A DNA stretch of 64,000 nt. Origin: a virus. The notes under the pieces were generated by a model. It made no database searches and was not told the DNA's origin. It saw only the letters and a program-made list of their open reading frames with translations. The DNA is taken from positions 8,982 through 72,981 of IMG/VR virus record IMGVR_UViG_3300045243_000070. The stretch is one strand, 5' to 3'. Made by a program: the position numbers and the translations under genes. Shown piece after piece: positions 25,759 through 35,710 of this stretch (the stretch's first letter is position 1; each line of letters begins with the position of its first letter).

Positions 25759-26868
25759 TTATTCCTTGTAGTGCTCCAAGAACTTGTTGGATACAACCTT
25801 GAAGGACACACGGCCCTTCATGTAGTCGCTGTATTTCTCCACGAGCGGACGGAACACAATCCCCTCTCTTGGAGTTCCGTTGGCATAGGAGCCATCAGCC
25901 ATAGCCAGCATTTCATCAAACTTGCGTCCAGTGAAGTCGAAATTGGAGTCAATAATCTCGACAGTCTGTAACCCCAATTCTTTGGTGAAGGAAATGAACT
26001 CATCAAAGTTAAGATGTCTGCGTTCAGAGATGTTGAACACATTGAACACAAAGAAGTCAACCTCCTTCAAGCCCATCTTGTTGCCTTGGATGCCAGGACC
26101 GCAGATTTCACCTTGGACGGCGTAATTTCCTTTGGCCTTAAGCTTATCAAGGATGTTGTATTTCTGTTCCATTTGGAAGTACACGTTTGGCTTATCCCCC
26201 TCAATTGGAGCCTTGAGAGACAGTTTGCGTGAGCAGACGTGTTGTTCACCATCCGTCAGTCCATCCGGCAAGAAGTTGATGTAGGTTGCTGAGGTTCCAT
26301 CCATCTTGACGGAAGCGTAACCCTTGACCCCATTAAGCTCTTCCAGAATTCGTGAGCAGTTTTGAAGACGTTCTTCGTCCGTAACTGACACGTATTTGGT
26401 GGGGAAGTTACCCTTAATCTTTCCATGTAGGTTGGCGGGAATAGGTTTCTCATACTTGGTAACACCAATGAGGGTGGTGATGTCATCACCGACCAGCATT
26501 CCTGCGAACCCAACGGTTCCAGTCGATAAACCTTCAATCCCAGGTTCTTTTTTTAAATCTGTCAGCTGGATGATAAGCCCCTGAGAGAGTTGTTTCTTCA
26601 GGCGAATGGTGCGGACACGGAAGTGACTCTTCCGTAAAAATTCGGACCACGGGGCTTCTGGAACTACAGTATCAATGGCAATAAAACATACTAGGTCTCC
26701 AACCTTATGCAATTCTTTCTGAACAACCACCTGCCATTCATTGTCTTCCATTTTAGCCAGTTCTATCTTATCAGCATCGGGTATTGGGCTAAGGGATTTA
26801 ATTTTTTGAATAGTGGCTAAATTTTTAACCACCTCTACTGTTTCTACAGTCTCTGAAACTTCACTCAT
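25759..26868 (-). CDS. RNA ligase, DRB0094/Rnl2-like family
   Basis: LATIQKI..PIPDADKIE N-domain; motif I KMDGTS; QGEICGPGIQGN; REGIVFR; FKVVSNKFL. Confidence 0.9.
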   Translation of the reverse strand: MSEVSETVETVEVVKNLATIQKIKSLSPIPDADKIELAKMEDNEWQVVVQKELHKVGDLVCFIAIDTVVPEAPWSEFLRKSHFRVRTIRLKKQLSQGLIIQLTDLKKEPGIEGLSTGTVGFAGMLVGDDITTLIGVTKYEKPIPANLHGKIKGNFPTKYVSVTDEERLQNCSRILEELNGVKGYASVKMDGTSATYINFLPDGLTDGEQHVCSRKLSLKAPIEGDKPNVYFQMEQKYNILDKLKAKGNYAVQGEICGPGIQGNKMGLKEVDFFVFNVFNISERRHLNFDEFISFTKELGLQTVEIIDSNFDFTGRKFDEMLAMADGSYANGTPREGIVFRPLVEKYSDYMKGRVSFKVVSNKFLEHYKE

Positions 26869-27245
26869 TGTAAATACTCCTTTGCTTTTTGTAATAATTC
26901 AACGCTATCTCTAAATAAACCTAATCCAGAATTACACCGATGGCATAAAATTCCACGAATATTCCCAGTCTTGTGGTCGTGGTCTATACAAGCTCTACCT
27001 TCAGTACCTTTTCCACGAACCTCTCTTTTTAATGGGTAGCCACATATCCCGCATCTCCCACGAAAAGCTTGATATAAGGCCTCAAAATATTCCTCATCTA
27101 TTCCATACTTTTTTAAATAACCCCATTGTTTTTTATACTCACTTAAAGTTCCAGTTCGTATCATCCTACTTAAACAATGACATTTTCGACACCTTTTCCC
27201 CCATGTCATCGTGGAGCAACCAAGGCATTTTTTCTTCTTACTCAA
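26865..27245 (-). CDS. endonuclease VII-like HNH endonuclease
   Basis: KKYGI...CGIC...IDHDHKTGNIRGILCHRCNSGLGLFRD. Confidence 0.9.
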   Translation of the reverse strand: MSKKKKCLGCSTMTWGKRCRKCHCLSRMIRTGTLSEYKKQWGYLKKYGIDEEYFEALYQAFRGRCGICGYPLKREVRGKGTEGRACIDHDHKTGNIRGILCHRCNSGLGLFRDSVELLQKAKEYLQ

Positions 27246-28120
27246 ATAAATGTTCCATCTCCAACGTCAATGACGTTTATTTTTTCCGTTCTGAGCATTT
27301 CAATAACACTCACCCGGTCATCAAACCAAAATTTAATCTTGCTCTTATCCAAAAGCCTATCAATGAACTGCTTCTTCACGACAGTGTCTGGACGAGTGTC
27401 TTTAGACGGCCTCATGATGAACCTGTCTGGCTCGATATTATACTTATAAAGCCACTCTTCACGAACTTGACGATAATCCTCAGAGCACCCAGATACAATA
27501 ATCAAGTCCAGCCCATTCGCTTGGTGACGAAGAACCGTTTCAATAATGTCAAGACGTGGTGCATCGTTAATGCTTTGACGAGAGAACTCGTCCCAATCCG
27601 GTTTCTTTCCAGTAGACTTATCGACCAGATAACGTCTTTTACTGACATCACACAGAGTCCCATCAAGATCACTGACTACACAATTGTTGGTAGACCTCAA
27701 TATGTTATACCTGAAAGCTGTGTTTAATATAGTGTCTTTACCAACAAAGCGTTTTCCAGAAAACTGTCTATCTAAATCCCTCTCAATACACTCTCTAACC
27801 GGGGTGTCTACTTTGACTTCCTCAAAGTCGGCATTGTACCTCTCAGCCAACACCTTGTAGGCGGTAGCATTTGACGGAGCTAAGTTCATATTATCAATGA
27901 CCACGTTGTGGCCCTGGCTCAAGAGGTGTTCAACCATGAACTCATTGGCGAGGTGAATCATCTTCTCGTGTCTTGGGTCAAAATTCTCAAAATACATCAT
28001 CTTGCGTAGACTGTCTTTGTTCACGCAAAACGTGTTTCGGTTTTCCTTCACGATCTTTTGAGCAATTGTGGACTTACCACTGCCTTGAAGACCTTGGAGC
28101 ATCCAAATTTTTAATTTCAT
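27242..28120 (-). CDS. pseT: polynucleotide 5'-kinase/3'-phosphatase (T4 PseT-like)
   Basis: P-loop GLQGSGKST; HAD DLDGTL, RPSKDTRPD, FDDR. Confidence 0.92.
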   Translation of the reverse strand: MKLKIWMLQGLQGSGKSTIAQKIVKENRNTFCVNKDSLRKMMYFENFDPRHEKMIHLANEFMVEHLLSQGHNVVIDNMNLAPSNATAYKVLAERYNADFEEVKVDTPVRECIERDLDRQFSGKRFVGKDTILNTAFRYNILRSTNNCVVSDLDGTLCDVSKRRYLVDKSTGKKPDWDEFSRQSINDAPRLDIIETVLRHQANGLDLIIVSGCSEDYRQVREEWLYKYNIEPDRFIMRPSKDTRPDTVVKKQFIDRLLDKSKIKFWFDDRVSVIEMLRTEKINVIDVGDGTFI

Positions 28121-28137
28121 TTCTTCCTACCGATTTA

Positions 28138-28251
28138 TTATAGACAACAAATAGCTAAAAATATCAACCAACCCCAGCCTTCCTTACCATACCACGCCAG
28201 AAAAATAGCTCCGGCAGTCGCCAATAGTGCAATCCACCAAGACCCTTTCAT
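28138..28251 (-). CDS. 37-aa two-helix membrane micropeptide
   Basis: GGAGG RBS; MKGSWWIALLATAGAIFLAWYGKEGWGWLIFLAICCL. Confidence 0.55.
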   Translation of the reverse strand: MKGSWWIALLATAGAIFLAWYGKEGWGWLIFLAICCL

Positions 28252-28260
28252 GAGTCCTCC

Positions 28261-29430
28261 TTAAGTATTTTTGCTCACCTTATGAATCATTTCCAGAAGA
28301 GAGTCATCCCGAAGCCCCATCAAATACTCTTTCAAACTGTACAGACAGGTCTTGTTATCATAAAGAGCGAAGAGAGTGTTTGGAAAGGACTTTTTGTAAG
28401 CTTCGATAGCAAAAGCCTTCCGGTTAATTTTTACTTCCCAAGTCTGGTTATCTGCTGGCATTTCTCTCCAGTCCGCACGAATAGTATCCTCTACTTTTTG
28501 TAATCCGTCAAGTAGTTTCTGAATATGGGCTGTGTATTCTGGGAAATAGGCCAAAGTATCGTCCACTTTCCCCAACTTAATCACCTCTAAGAAGCCTTTC
28601 TCTGAAACAGAGGAAACCATTTTAGACAAGGCTAGGTACGCAGGGTTCTTGCACTTGACACGCAAGTGGGAACCGTTGTTTTGTTCCTTTACAATCACAT
28701 AACCCTCAAACGTAGGGTCTTTGGAGCTCATATCCTCAATCTCGGTCCATTCAGATACTGGAAATGTTTTGACCAAATCACACTTAAAAACATCTGCCAT
28801 AGTTTGAAGCTCGTGTCTTGTTACTTCGCACAGGTTTTCGTTGCTACGAATAGTTAGAAGAGTTATTTTTGTTTCTTTGTATGGAGTAACTATTCTATTT
28901 TCTGGGCTAGTGAGCTCAAAAACATAGGTGCATCTTGGATTAAGTAATTTGTTTTCTATCAAATACTCTAACTTTGTCCCATTATCAACACCATCCATAA
29001 AAAGTTCCGCAAAGCTCTTAGAGGAACAGTTATTAACAGGCCCCTCGGCATAAATCATGTTTCTAGTGCTGAAATGCCACGAATTGGCAATACGGTCAAA
29101 CCACATATTGACCATTGTTCCATCAAGTTTCTCTAAAACCAAACAACCGCTCAGGTCTTCTGGAAGTTTGTCGGCCCCGCCCTCCCCTAAGTTGAAGAAA
29201 CGTGAGAACCCATAAGAAGCAATATCATAATTGTCTTTGTACAGAATAAGACCACGGCACTCCCTAACAATGGGGTCACCTTTGAACTTATAGCTGTCAA
29301 TCATATCGTATGAAAATATGAACTTGCCACCCAGCTCTTTGAAATTGATTCCAAGAGGGGCGCAAATTTCTTCGGGTGTCTTTCCAGACCGTAGAGCTTC
29401 TTGTATTTTTAACATGTTATATCCTACCAC
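28261..29430 (-). CDS. RNA ligase 1 (T4 Rnl1/RnlA-like)
   Basis: RECRGLIL, RFFNLGE, EKLDGT, FELTSPENRIV, EGYVI, RVKCKNPAY. Confidence 0.9.
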   Translation of the reverse strand: MVGYNMLKIQEALRSGKTPEEICAPLGINFKELGGKFIFSYDMIDSYKFKGDPIVRECRGLILYKDNYDIASYGFSRFFNLGEGGADKLPEDLSGCLVLEKLDGTMVNMWFDRIANSWHFSTRNMIYAEGPVNNCSSKSFAELFMDGVDNGTKLEYLIENKLLNPRCTYVFELTSPENRIVTPYKETKITLLTIRSNENLCEVTRHELQTMADVFKCDLVKTFPVSEWTEIEDMSSKDPTFEGYVIVKEQNNGSHLRVKCKNPAYLALSKMVSSVSEKGFLEVIKLGKVDDTLAYFPEYTAHIQKLLDGLQKVEDTIRADWREMPADNQTWEVKINRKAFAIEAYKKSFPNTLFALYDNKTCLYSLKEYLMGLRDDSLLEMIHKVSKNT

Positions 29431-29445
29431 AAGATAGCTACGGTG

Positions 29446-30582
29446 TCAAGCATTTTCTTTTCTAAGGTCTGTGCTAGAAACATGCTCGTATTTTCGTGGT
29501 TCCAGAACCCACTCCCCAGGCAAGACCGTATCTCCTGTACCCCACAGACCTAAGGCCTTGCCGTTACTTCTTGGGAAGATGTAAAAATAGTTTCTGTTAC
29601 CAGTGAACATCGAGCAAACATACTCAATGGACCCAGCATACTTAGGGTTCAGGATTCTCTCGTAGGTGTCATAACCAATGATGAACTTTGCATCATGAAA
29701 CAGTCTGGACTTCTCTACGAATGTCGGTGCATTGGTTATCAGCATAGGCATGCCATTTTGAACCAGTCTGTCTCTAATTGAGATAAAGTCAACCGCAGGC
29801 TTGTCAACGTTGGCAATACTTATTTCTTGAATAACTTTGCAACCCCTACGAGCAACTATTTCCATCATCTCACGATGTCCGCTATGCGTGGGATTAAAGC
29901 TTCCTGGGAATATGGCTGTACGGCTGTCCACGTAGTTTGAGAGGTCGAGGGTATCGGTTCCGACAAAACCTTGAAACTTTATTTCCCCACTTAAGATTTT
30001 ACCAAGCTTCTCGTTCTCGAACCAATCGTATTCTATGGACTGCATTACAGGCGTATCCAACCTAACCTGTAATTCAAGGTCGTGACCATTGGCGAGTTCG
30101 TTTAGAATAAGATTAGTAGCTATCTCTTCTTCCCAAATTCTAACAACCTCTGCGTTTTGATCTTTCGTACCTTTAATCTTAAAACTCATGGTGTGGGTCA
30201 TATTTTTAGTCTGAAGAGCGACATAGATAGCATGCTCACGTCCCTCACGCTCAGAAGGTACACGTTGTAGGCTTGCTGTACAGGCCACACCTATGACCTC
30301 ATAGTCCCCATCACGAAGCTGGAGGGCTTTTTGATAAGCCACCATAGCTAATGACCGAGCCACTTCACCGCTCACCATCTTTTCGGGAACTTTTCCCAAA
30401 AGAGTGGAGGTTTCTTTAGTGCTGTATGGGACGTACCCAGCCAGCAAAGTATTGGACCCATTACCACGGTTGAGGAGAGCCTGGAAAACTCCAGACCCTC
30501 CACCAGTCGTGATTATGACGGCCTTATGAGTAGCTAACCCATTAAGTGTGTCGACTACTTCTTCCTGAGTCCTGATACCCAT
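29446..30582 (-). CDS. fusion of a CinA/PncC-like domain and an NMN/NaMN adenylyltransferase-like domain
   Basis: N-terminal TGGG, GYVPYS, VSGEVARSLA, GVACTA; C-terminal FPGSFNPTHSGH (HxGH), IGYDT, VSSTDLR. Confidence 0.8.
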   Translation of the reverse strand: MGIRTQEEVVDTLNGLATHKAVIITTGGGSGVFQALLNRGNGSNTLLAGYVPYSTKETSTLLGKVPEKMVSGEVARSLAMVAYQKALQLRDGDYEVIGVACTASLQRVPSEREGREHAIYVALQTKNMTHTMSFKIKGTKDQNAEVVRIWEEEIATNLILNELANGHDLELQVRLDTPVMQSIEYDWFENEKLGKILSGEIKFQGFVGTDTLDLSNYVDSRTAIFPGSFNPTHSGHREMMEIVARRGCKVIQEISIANVDKPAVDFISIRDRLVQNGMPMLITNAPTFVEKSRLFHDAKFIIGYDTYERILNPKYAGSIEYVCSMFTGNRNYFYIFPRSNGKALGLWGTGDTVLPGEWVLEPRKYEHVSSTDLRKENA

Positions 30583-32096
30583 TAGAGACCTTTCTTAGTG
30601 ACCAACCCGGCGATTTTGTGATACATCTGAGTCGAAATAGCGTCCCCATGAGCCGGGACAATAGTCATTAAGGTATTGATACGGGCTTTGAGTTCATCAA
30701 ATGTAAGCCATTTGATATCCACGGGGCCTTTATCATAAACAACCTGCAACATGTTCTTATCGACTTCTGTTTCCGCAGGATAAACCTTAAGGCTCAAAGT
30801 GTCCTTATCGGCTGCGACTTTCATAATGCCGGGGAGCGAATACTTCCCCTTGTCGTCCGAAGGGCGCTTCATGATGTCAAGAGTCGCTCCAGTATTGTAG
30901 GTAATGTGGCTCAGCTTAGTAGCCATCGAGAGAGTATCCCGGTTTAGTTTCTGAAGCAACCCGGCTCCCATTCCGAAAGCGATATTCTCGGCGCTGAAGC
31001 CAGCCTTCTCAGCAGCGTCCAAGATTTTACCAATCTCGGTGATGGTGATTCCATCACCCTGAATGACCGCAGCGTTGTTGATAACTTTGTATCCCTTTTT
31101 ATTGAGGACGGTTCCAAAAGCTTTCTCAGCAGCGTGTAGGCCTTGAAGAACACATTCCACGGGGTCGCCCGAATCTGGTCGAAGAACCCACAGGCCGAAC
31201 TTCCCAGCAAACTTCTGGGCCACGGCTGGAACAATCTTATCCAAAAAGTTGGTGTAGTTGTAGCTATCACCAACGGTGGCGAAGATTCCAAGCTTATTGA
31301 CCAGTTCGTTTTGTCCAAACATCTGCATCATGCGTTCCACAGCTTCTTGTTCTGTGGCATAGCTTGTCATGACCGAGTGCTCAGTAGCTGGGATGCTGGT
31401 AGCTACGGGACGGCCCTCGTTCAGGTGGAACTGGGCGTAGTAAGCAGCCGACATAGTGTCCGACCCGCCGAAGTTAAGTAGGTGAGCAACACCGCCGATT
31501 ACCGCTTGCTCTTGCGAGGTGCATCCACGATACCCAAAGTCGTGGAGACGGCTGTCGAGCTTCCAGAAGCTCTCAGGGTCAACCGTTTTTTGAAAAAATC
31601 CCTCGATGAGGGTTCTGGCGTGACGGCTGAGGGTAGCCACTGTCGTGGGATACCAAATCATCGTCAGCAAGGTCTCAAGATAGGTGCAAAGATGGGCGTA
31701 GGGGGCTTCCGCAGTGATTTGATAGATAGGAGTATGTGGGTAGATAACCGAACCCTCTTCGAGAGCTTCCACTTTGATTGGGAAGTAACCGTTGTTTTCT
31801 TTTATGAATTTCAAGAACAGGTTTTTGGGGAAGGGATATGGAGTGAAAGCAGCATTGTGGGTTTGGAAGAACTTGTCGGCTTCCTCGACTTCTTCCACAG
31901 TCCACTTATGATTCAAAACGTTTTCAACGATGTAGCGGATTCCAAAAAACACGATGCGGTCATCGTCAATGCCGGGATAAGCTTTTCGTAGCTCCCCGTA
32001 GGCCACCATCTTTTCTGCATTCGGGTACATCATGTAATGACCTGCCTTGTAGCTATCCGTCCGAACCGGGAATGGAATATCGTTGATGCTTTTCAT
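30582..32096 (-). CDS. nadV: nicotinamide phosphoribosyltransferase (NAMPT)
   Basis: TDSYKAGH, LHDFGYRG, IPATEHS, DSY, LRPDSGDP, IQGDG, FGMGAGLLQKLNRDT. Confidence 0.93.
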   Translation of the reverse strand: MKSINDIPFPVRTDSYKAGHYMMYPNAEKMVAYGELRKAYPGIDDDRIVFFGIRYIVENVLNHKWTVEEVEEADKFFQTHNAAFTPYPFPKNLFLKFIKENNGYFPIKVEALEEGSVIYPHTPIYQITAEAPYAHLCTYLETLLTMIWYPTTVATLSRHARTLIEGFFQKTVDPESFWKLDSRLHDFGYRGCTSQEQAVIGGVAHLLNFGGSDTMSAAYYAQFHLNEGRPVATSIPATEHSVMTSYATEQEAVERMMQMFGQNELVNKLGIFATVGDSYNYTNFLDKIVPAVAQKFAGKFGLWVLRPDSGDPVECVLQGLHAAEKAFGTVLNKKGYKVINNAAVIQGDGITITEIGKILDAAEKAGFSAENIAFGMGAGLLQKLNRDTLSMATKLSHITYNTGATLDIMKRPSDDKGKYSLPGIMKVAADKDTLSLKVYPAETEVDKNMLQVVYDKGPVDIKWLTFDELKARINTLMTIVPAHGDAISTQMYHKIAGLVTKKGL

Positions 32097-32109
32097 CTTA
32101 CTTCTCCTT

Positions 32110-32601
32110 TTATTTGTTTAGAAGCTCAACACAATTTAAAATAATCTGATTGTGGTCATCGTGAATCTCTTCTTTTGTGAAGTTCCAGACATCATCTACC
32201 TTCACCCAAAAAGCCCTCGTTGCATCGTCCCCGCCGTTTAACTCAAACATGTTATCAACTACGAAAACATGGGCAGTGGTTATCTTCCTATTCCCAACCG
32301 TTGTTCTGGATGGGTCATCAAAGTGAAGATACCCAATATACTTTGATGAAGTAACAGATAGGGATTTTCTCAATGAAACCCCAGCCTCTTCCTCCAACTC
32401 CCTATGAGCTGCCATGAGTGACGTTTCATCGTACTCGACAAACCCGCCGGGCAAAGCGTACTTCTTGTTATCCCCTCTTTCAATCATTGCGACCACAAGC
32501 CCGTGTGTTGGGTCTTTGCAGAAAACCACAGCATCTGCACAGACCATAATGACAGGGTACTTCTCACCGGGCTTGAACTCGTAGGTTATTAAATCTTTCA
32601 T
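32110..32601 (-). CDS. Nudix hydrolase (ADP-ribose pyrophosphatase-like)
   Basis: ALPGGFVEYDETSLMAAHRELEEEAG Nudix box; FDDPSR, GGDDA..A.W. Confidence 0.9.
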   Translation of the reverse strand: MKDLITYEFKPGEKYPVIMVCADAVVFCKDPTHGLVVAMIERGDNKKYALPGGFVEYDETSLMAAHRELEEEAGVSLRKSLSVTSSKYIGYLHFDDPSRTTVGNRKITTAHVFVVDNMFELNGGDDATRAFWVKVDDVWNFTKEEIHDDHNQIILNCVELLNK

Positions 32602-32867
32602 GGTTTTCCCTGTAAGTATTTCAGTCGCTCAATGGCTTTGGAACGACTCTTAAAGTACATCAAATCAGTGTCTTTGTCAACGATATTCTTTAAAACCTTA
32701 ATCTGTTCCTTTTTTGGAAGAGAATAAGCCCAGCGGTGTAAGGTCTCGAAGACTGCCCGATTAATAAACTCATTTCGGGAAATACCATATTGTTTAGACT
32801 TCCGGTTCAATTTCTTAATGTCCTTATCACTTAATGTCAGGGAAATTCTTTCGCTTCGCTTGCTCAT
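32598..32867 (-). CDS. ribbon-helix-helix (CopG-like) DNA-binding protein
   Basis: RISLTLSDKD..KL...GISRNEFINRAV. Confidence 0.7.
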   Translation of the reverse strand: MSKRSERISLTLSDKDIKKLNRKSKQYGISRNEFINRAVFETLHRWAYSLPKKEQIKVLKNIVDKDTDLMYFKSRSKAIERLKYLQGKP

Positions 32868-33154
32868 TTATCTAACTTCCCTTTCTTCTTTGCATACCTC
32901 ATGAATTTGACAACCTTTTTCTTTTTAGCGTCAATAAGACGGTCATTTACTACAATCATCGGTAATACGCCTTCGTCTTGAAGCATTTCAACTACGGCGA
33001 AAAGGTCGTTAAGCTCAAGAACTATCTTCTCTCTTACGGAAGGCATGCGCTTATATCGGTCTTCGATACCAAAGCTCAGGGCCTTGTGGCACTCTTTTGA
33101 TACTTCTACACATTCTTCAGAAAGACGTAAAATGAGATGGTCTTGTTTGTTCAT
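32864..33154 (-). CDS. MazG-like nucleotide pyrophosphohydrolase
   Basis: LSEECVEV...KALSFG...ELNDL. Confidence 0.75.
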   Translation of the reverse strand: MNKQDHLILRLSEECVEVSKECHKALSFGIEDRYKRMPSVREKIVLELNDLFAVVEMLQDEGVLPMIVVNDRLIDAKKKKVVKFMRYAKKKGKLDK

Positions 33155-33759
33155 AATCTATTTAACCACAATTTGTTAAAAATATCAAGATATTCTTTTT
33201 CAGCTTCTTCTGGGCTCAATGGATTCACCGTTAGAAGTTCCCAATCAAGGTCGTAATCTTTGTCCTCCATGATAGAGCTGGATTTGGGCCAGTAGTTGGG
33301 GTATCTTGGCCCCATCAAGGCTTTGCTTTCGATATCCAGAGCAAGCCTATCATAGAACTTGACCTCTTCAAAATTCGGGATGTTAAGCCCAAACCTCAAA
33401 ATTATGGTCTTCTCCATCCTGTCTTCCAGTACGTGGTAGTCTGGAAGAAGTGCCTTGAGAGGAGAAACAACGTCACTTAAATAAGCCTCACTAGCGTCAT
33501 GAAGGAGACCTACCAACTTCAAAGGCCCGTCTTCTTGAATAAGCTTGCTAACGAGACTGCAGTGCTGGGCTACCGAATAAAACTTACGGCAAGCCCCGGT
33601 GAAACGACATATGTTAGATAGCTGGTGAGCAATATCCGGCAGAAGAATATCTTCAACCGCTGGATTTTCTAAATCTAACAATATTCCAGAATAAGTCTGT
33701 ATGCTTGTCTTTTCATTTTTCAATTGATATATCCTATCACACTTAAGACTTAATGTCAA
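33151..33759 (-). CDS. HD-superfamily 5'-deoxynucleotidase (YfdR-like)
   Basis: DIAHQLSNICRFTG..FYSVAQH, LLHDASEAYLSD. Confidence 0.88.
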   Translation of the reverse strand: MTLSLKCDRIYQLKNEKTSIQTYSGILLDLENPAVEDILLPDIAHQLSNICRFTGACRKFYSVAQHCSLVSKLIQEDGPLKLVGLLHDASEAYLSDVVSPLKALLPDYHVLEDRMEKTIILRFGLNIPNFEEVKFYDRLALDIESKALMGPRYPNYWPKSSSIMEDKDYDLDWELLTVNPLSPEEAEKEYLDIFNKLWLNRL

Positions 33760-33930
33760 CCTTTTTCTTCATTTGTTCAAAGGCCATGTCTAGCCATTTT
33801 TTGCATCTAGGGCATAAATCGGTAAAATTCATGCAGTAATCTTGAGCAAGACCATCCAAGGGTTCAGTAACTATTTGATATCCACCTTTGTCCAACACCC
33901 TATTACAATTGTCGCAAATTCTAACCTTGC

Positions 33931-34332
33931 TCAACCTTTGATACTCAAAAACATGGTGTTCTTTACGAAGCCTTTGGGCACATCGCCGTTAAACATCTTG
34001 GCATCGCATGTGACCTCATAATAAGGCTTGTCGTGCCACATTGGTTCATCTTTCCAAGTAATCTTTGGGTACTGGGGCCAAGGCCAAACGTAGGGTTTTT
34101 CATACCAGTCGTGCTCGTGTATGATTTTGGTCTCCTTGATGACCTCTTTACCAAAGATTCCTTCGAGAGCATCTTTCAGCTTCTTGGCCTCTTCGATGGT
34201 GAGGACAATCTCCCTTTCACCTATTTTTACCACCACATTCTTTATGACCACTTCTTGGGCCACCACTTCGTTCTTTTTAGTCACGGCTTTTCTCCTTTTC
34301 CAGTAAAACTGGGTTTTGCCACTTATTTCCAA
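33931..34332 (-). CDS. hypothetical protein
   Basis: coupled ORF; start uncertain. Confidence 0.55.
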   Translation of the reverse strand: MEISGKTQFYWKRRKAVTKKNEVVAQEVVIKNVVVKIGEREIVLTIEEAKKLKDALEGIFGKEVIKETKIIHEHDWYEKPYVWPWPQYPKITWKDEPMWHDKPYYEVTCDAKMFNGDVPKGFVKNTMFLSIKG

Positions 34333-34642
34333 CTACTTCACAGTCTCTAAAAAATTCAGAGGGCCACTCAATGTATGGCAGTATCCTTCCATGCCTTTCA
34401 ACATAAAAGGATGGTGCATCATAAGAAACTAGCCCAGTATTGTCACGCTCTCCACACCCAGGACCTTTAATAATGTCATCCTCATAGATTCTTTTTCCGT
34501 TTTTATCTTTAAGCCCAGTATATTGCATTATATTTTTACCAAAATTTGAACTTGAGCCGTCATCGCTCATAGTTATCTCATAGGATGGGTAAAACATGGT
34601 TTTGTTTGTATCATCCCAAACTCTAAACCTTATCTCTCTCAT
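34277..34642 (-). CDS. YopX-family protein
   Basis: MREIRFRVWD...MQYTGLKDKNGKRIYEDDI...EVVGN. Confidence 0.9.
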   Translation of the reverse strand: MREIRFRVWDDTNKTMFYPSYEITMSDDGSSSNFGKNIMQYTGLKDKNGKRIYEDDIIKGPGCGERDNTGLVSYDAPSFYVERHGRILPYIEWPSEFFRDCEVVGNKWQNPVLLEKEKSRD

Positions 34643-34911
34643 GCAAGCCTTCCGGTGTTGCTCTTTTGTTTAAGACTATCAACCCTTGTTTTTTCTTTTT
34701 CCAAGTTCATAATGAGTCTTTTCAAATACCACTCTGCCTTTTTAAAGTCTTGGAGTTCGTCATCTTTCTTCCCCGCACGGGACAAATATTTGATGACATT
34801 GCCTTGAAGATAACCTTTCAACCCTTCTGGGGTTAACTTCGCCTCCATAAAGTCAATAACTTCGATTCCACCACTCTTATAGTGGTCTGGGTGGTTAACT
34901 AAATCTTTCAT
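34639..34911 (-). CDS. DUF3310-family protein
   Basis: VNHPDHY..GGIEVID...GNVIKYLSRAGKK...DFKKAEWYL. Confidence 0.88.
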   Translation of the reverse strand: MKDLVNHPDHYKSGGIEVIDFMEAKLTPEGLKGYLQGNVIKYLSRAGKKDDELQDFKKAEWYLKRLIMNLEKEKTRVDSLKQKSNTGRLA

Positions 34912-34916
34912 GGCAA

Positions 34917-35165
34917 TTATTCCTTTTCTACGTCTCTTATAAAAATTATTTTTTCTACTGAGGACTTCCAATTACGTTTAAACTCGTCTAACTGTTCTTG
35001 AGTTAGACCCTTTTTCATAACCAGAACAGCAGGTTCATTATCATCTTCAAAACAATAACAAATATCTCCAAGTGGATTTTCAGCCAAACACTCGACACAA
35101 CCGGAACCGTTACTTCCCTTTGAGAAGTGGTAGTCCTTTTCGTGGTGACAGAACCCACACTTCAT
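34917..35165 (-). CDS. small Cys/His Zn-binding protein
   Basis: CGFCHHEKDYH...GCVEC...CYCF. Confidence 0.6.
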   Translation of the reverse strand: MKCGFCHHEKDYHFSKGSNGSGCVECLAENPLGDICYCFEDDNEPAVLVMKKGLTQEQLDEFKRNWKSSVEKIIFIRDVEKE

Positions 35166-35506
35166 ATTGAATCAACTTTTTTCTCCGGCTTCTGTATGTA
35201 CCACGAATGACCGCCGTACCCGCTGAAGTAGATTCGACCATCAACGTGCCCGTGATTTCCACTAACTCCTCCATACTTAACATCAAACCCGCAGGAATAC
35301 TCTTCGCCGATTACTTCAAAAAACGCCGAATCTTTTCCATTTTCTCGAAGGACTATATCTGTAATCTTGTTTTCTGGGCACTCATCAAGACCCATAGCTC
35401 GGTCCATTGAATCCCCGTGATCTTTTAGTATTCCACCAATCCACGCTTCTTTACCTTCAACGAACTGGCTCCAAAGTGGGTAAGCCCTACCATTTACTGT
35501 TATCAA
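35162..35506 (-). CDS. hypothetical phage protein
   Basis: GAGG RBS; YPLWSQFV motif. Confidence 0.65.
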   Translation of the reverse strand: MITVNGRAYPLWSQFVEGKEAWIGGILKDHGDSMDRAMGLDECPENKITDIVLRENGKDSAFFEVIGEEYSCGFDVKYGGVSGNHGHVDGRIYFSGYGGHSWYIQKPEKKVDSI

Positions 35507-35710
35507 AAAACACCTCAGTTATTTATTTTGCTTCCCTTAATTTTCATAAGGTGCTCAGTCAGATGGTCGTTCTCTTCTTTTGAAAACTCGGAGTTTTCCA
35601 CCTCTTGAAAAACAACTCCGTGAACGGCTGACATATGCTCCAACACATCAATTTCCTCTAAGAGTTCTTTGCACAGATTGCACTGGTGAGTAGCTTCCAT
35701 AGGTTCTCCT

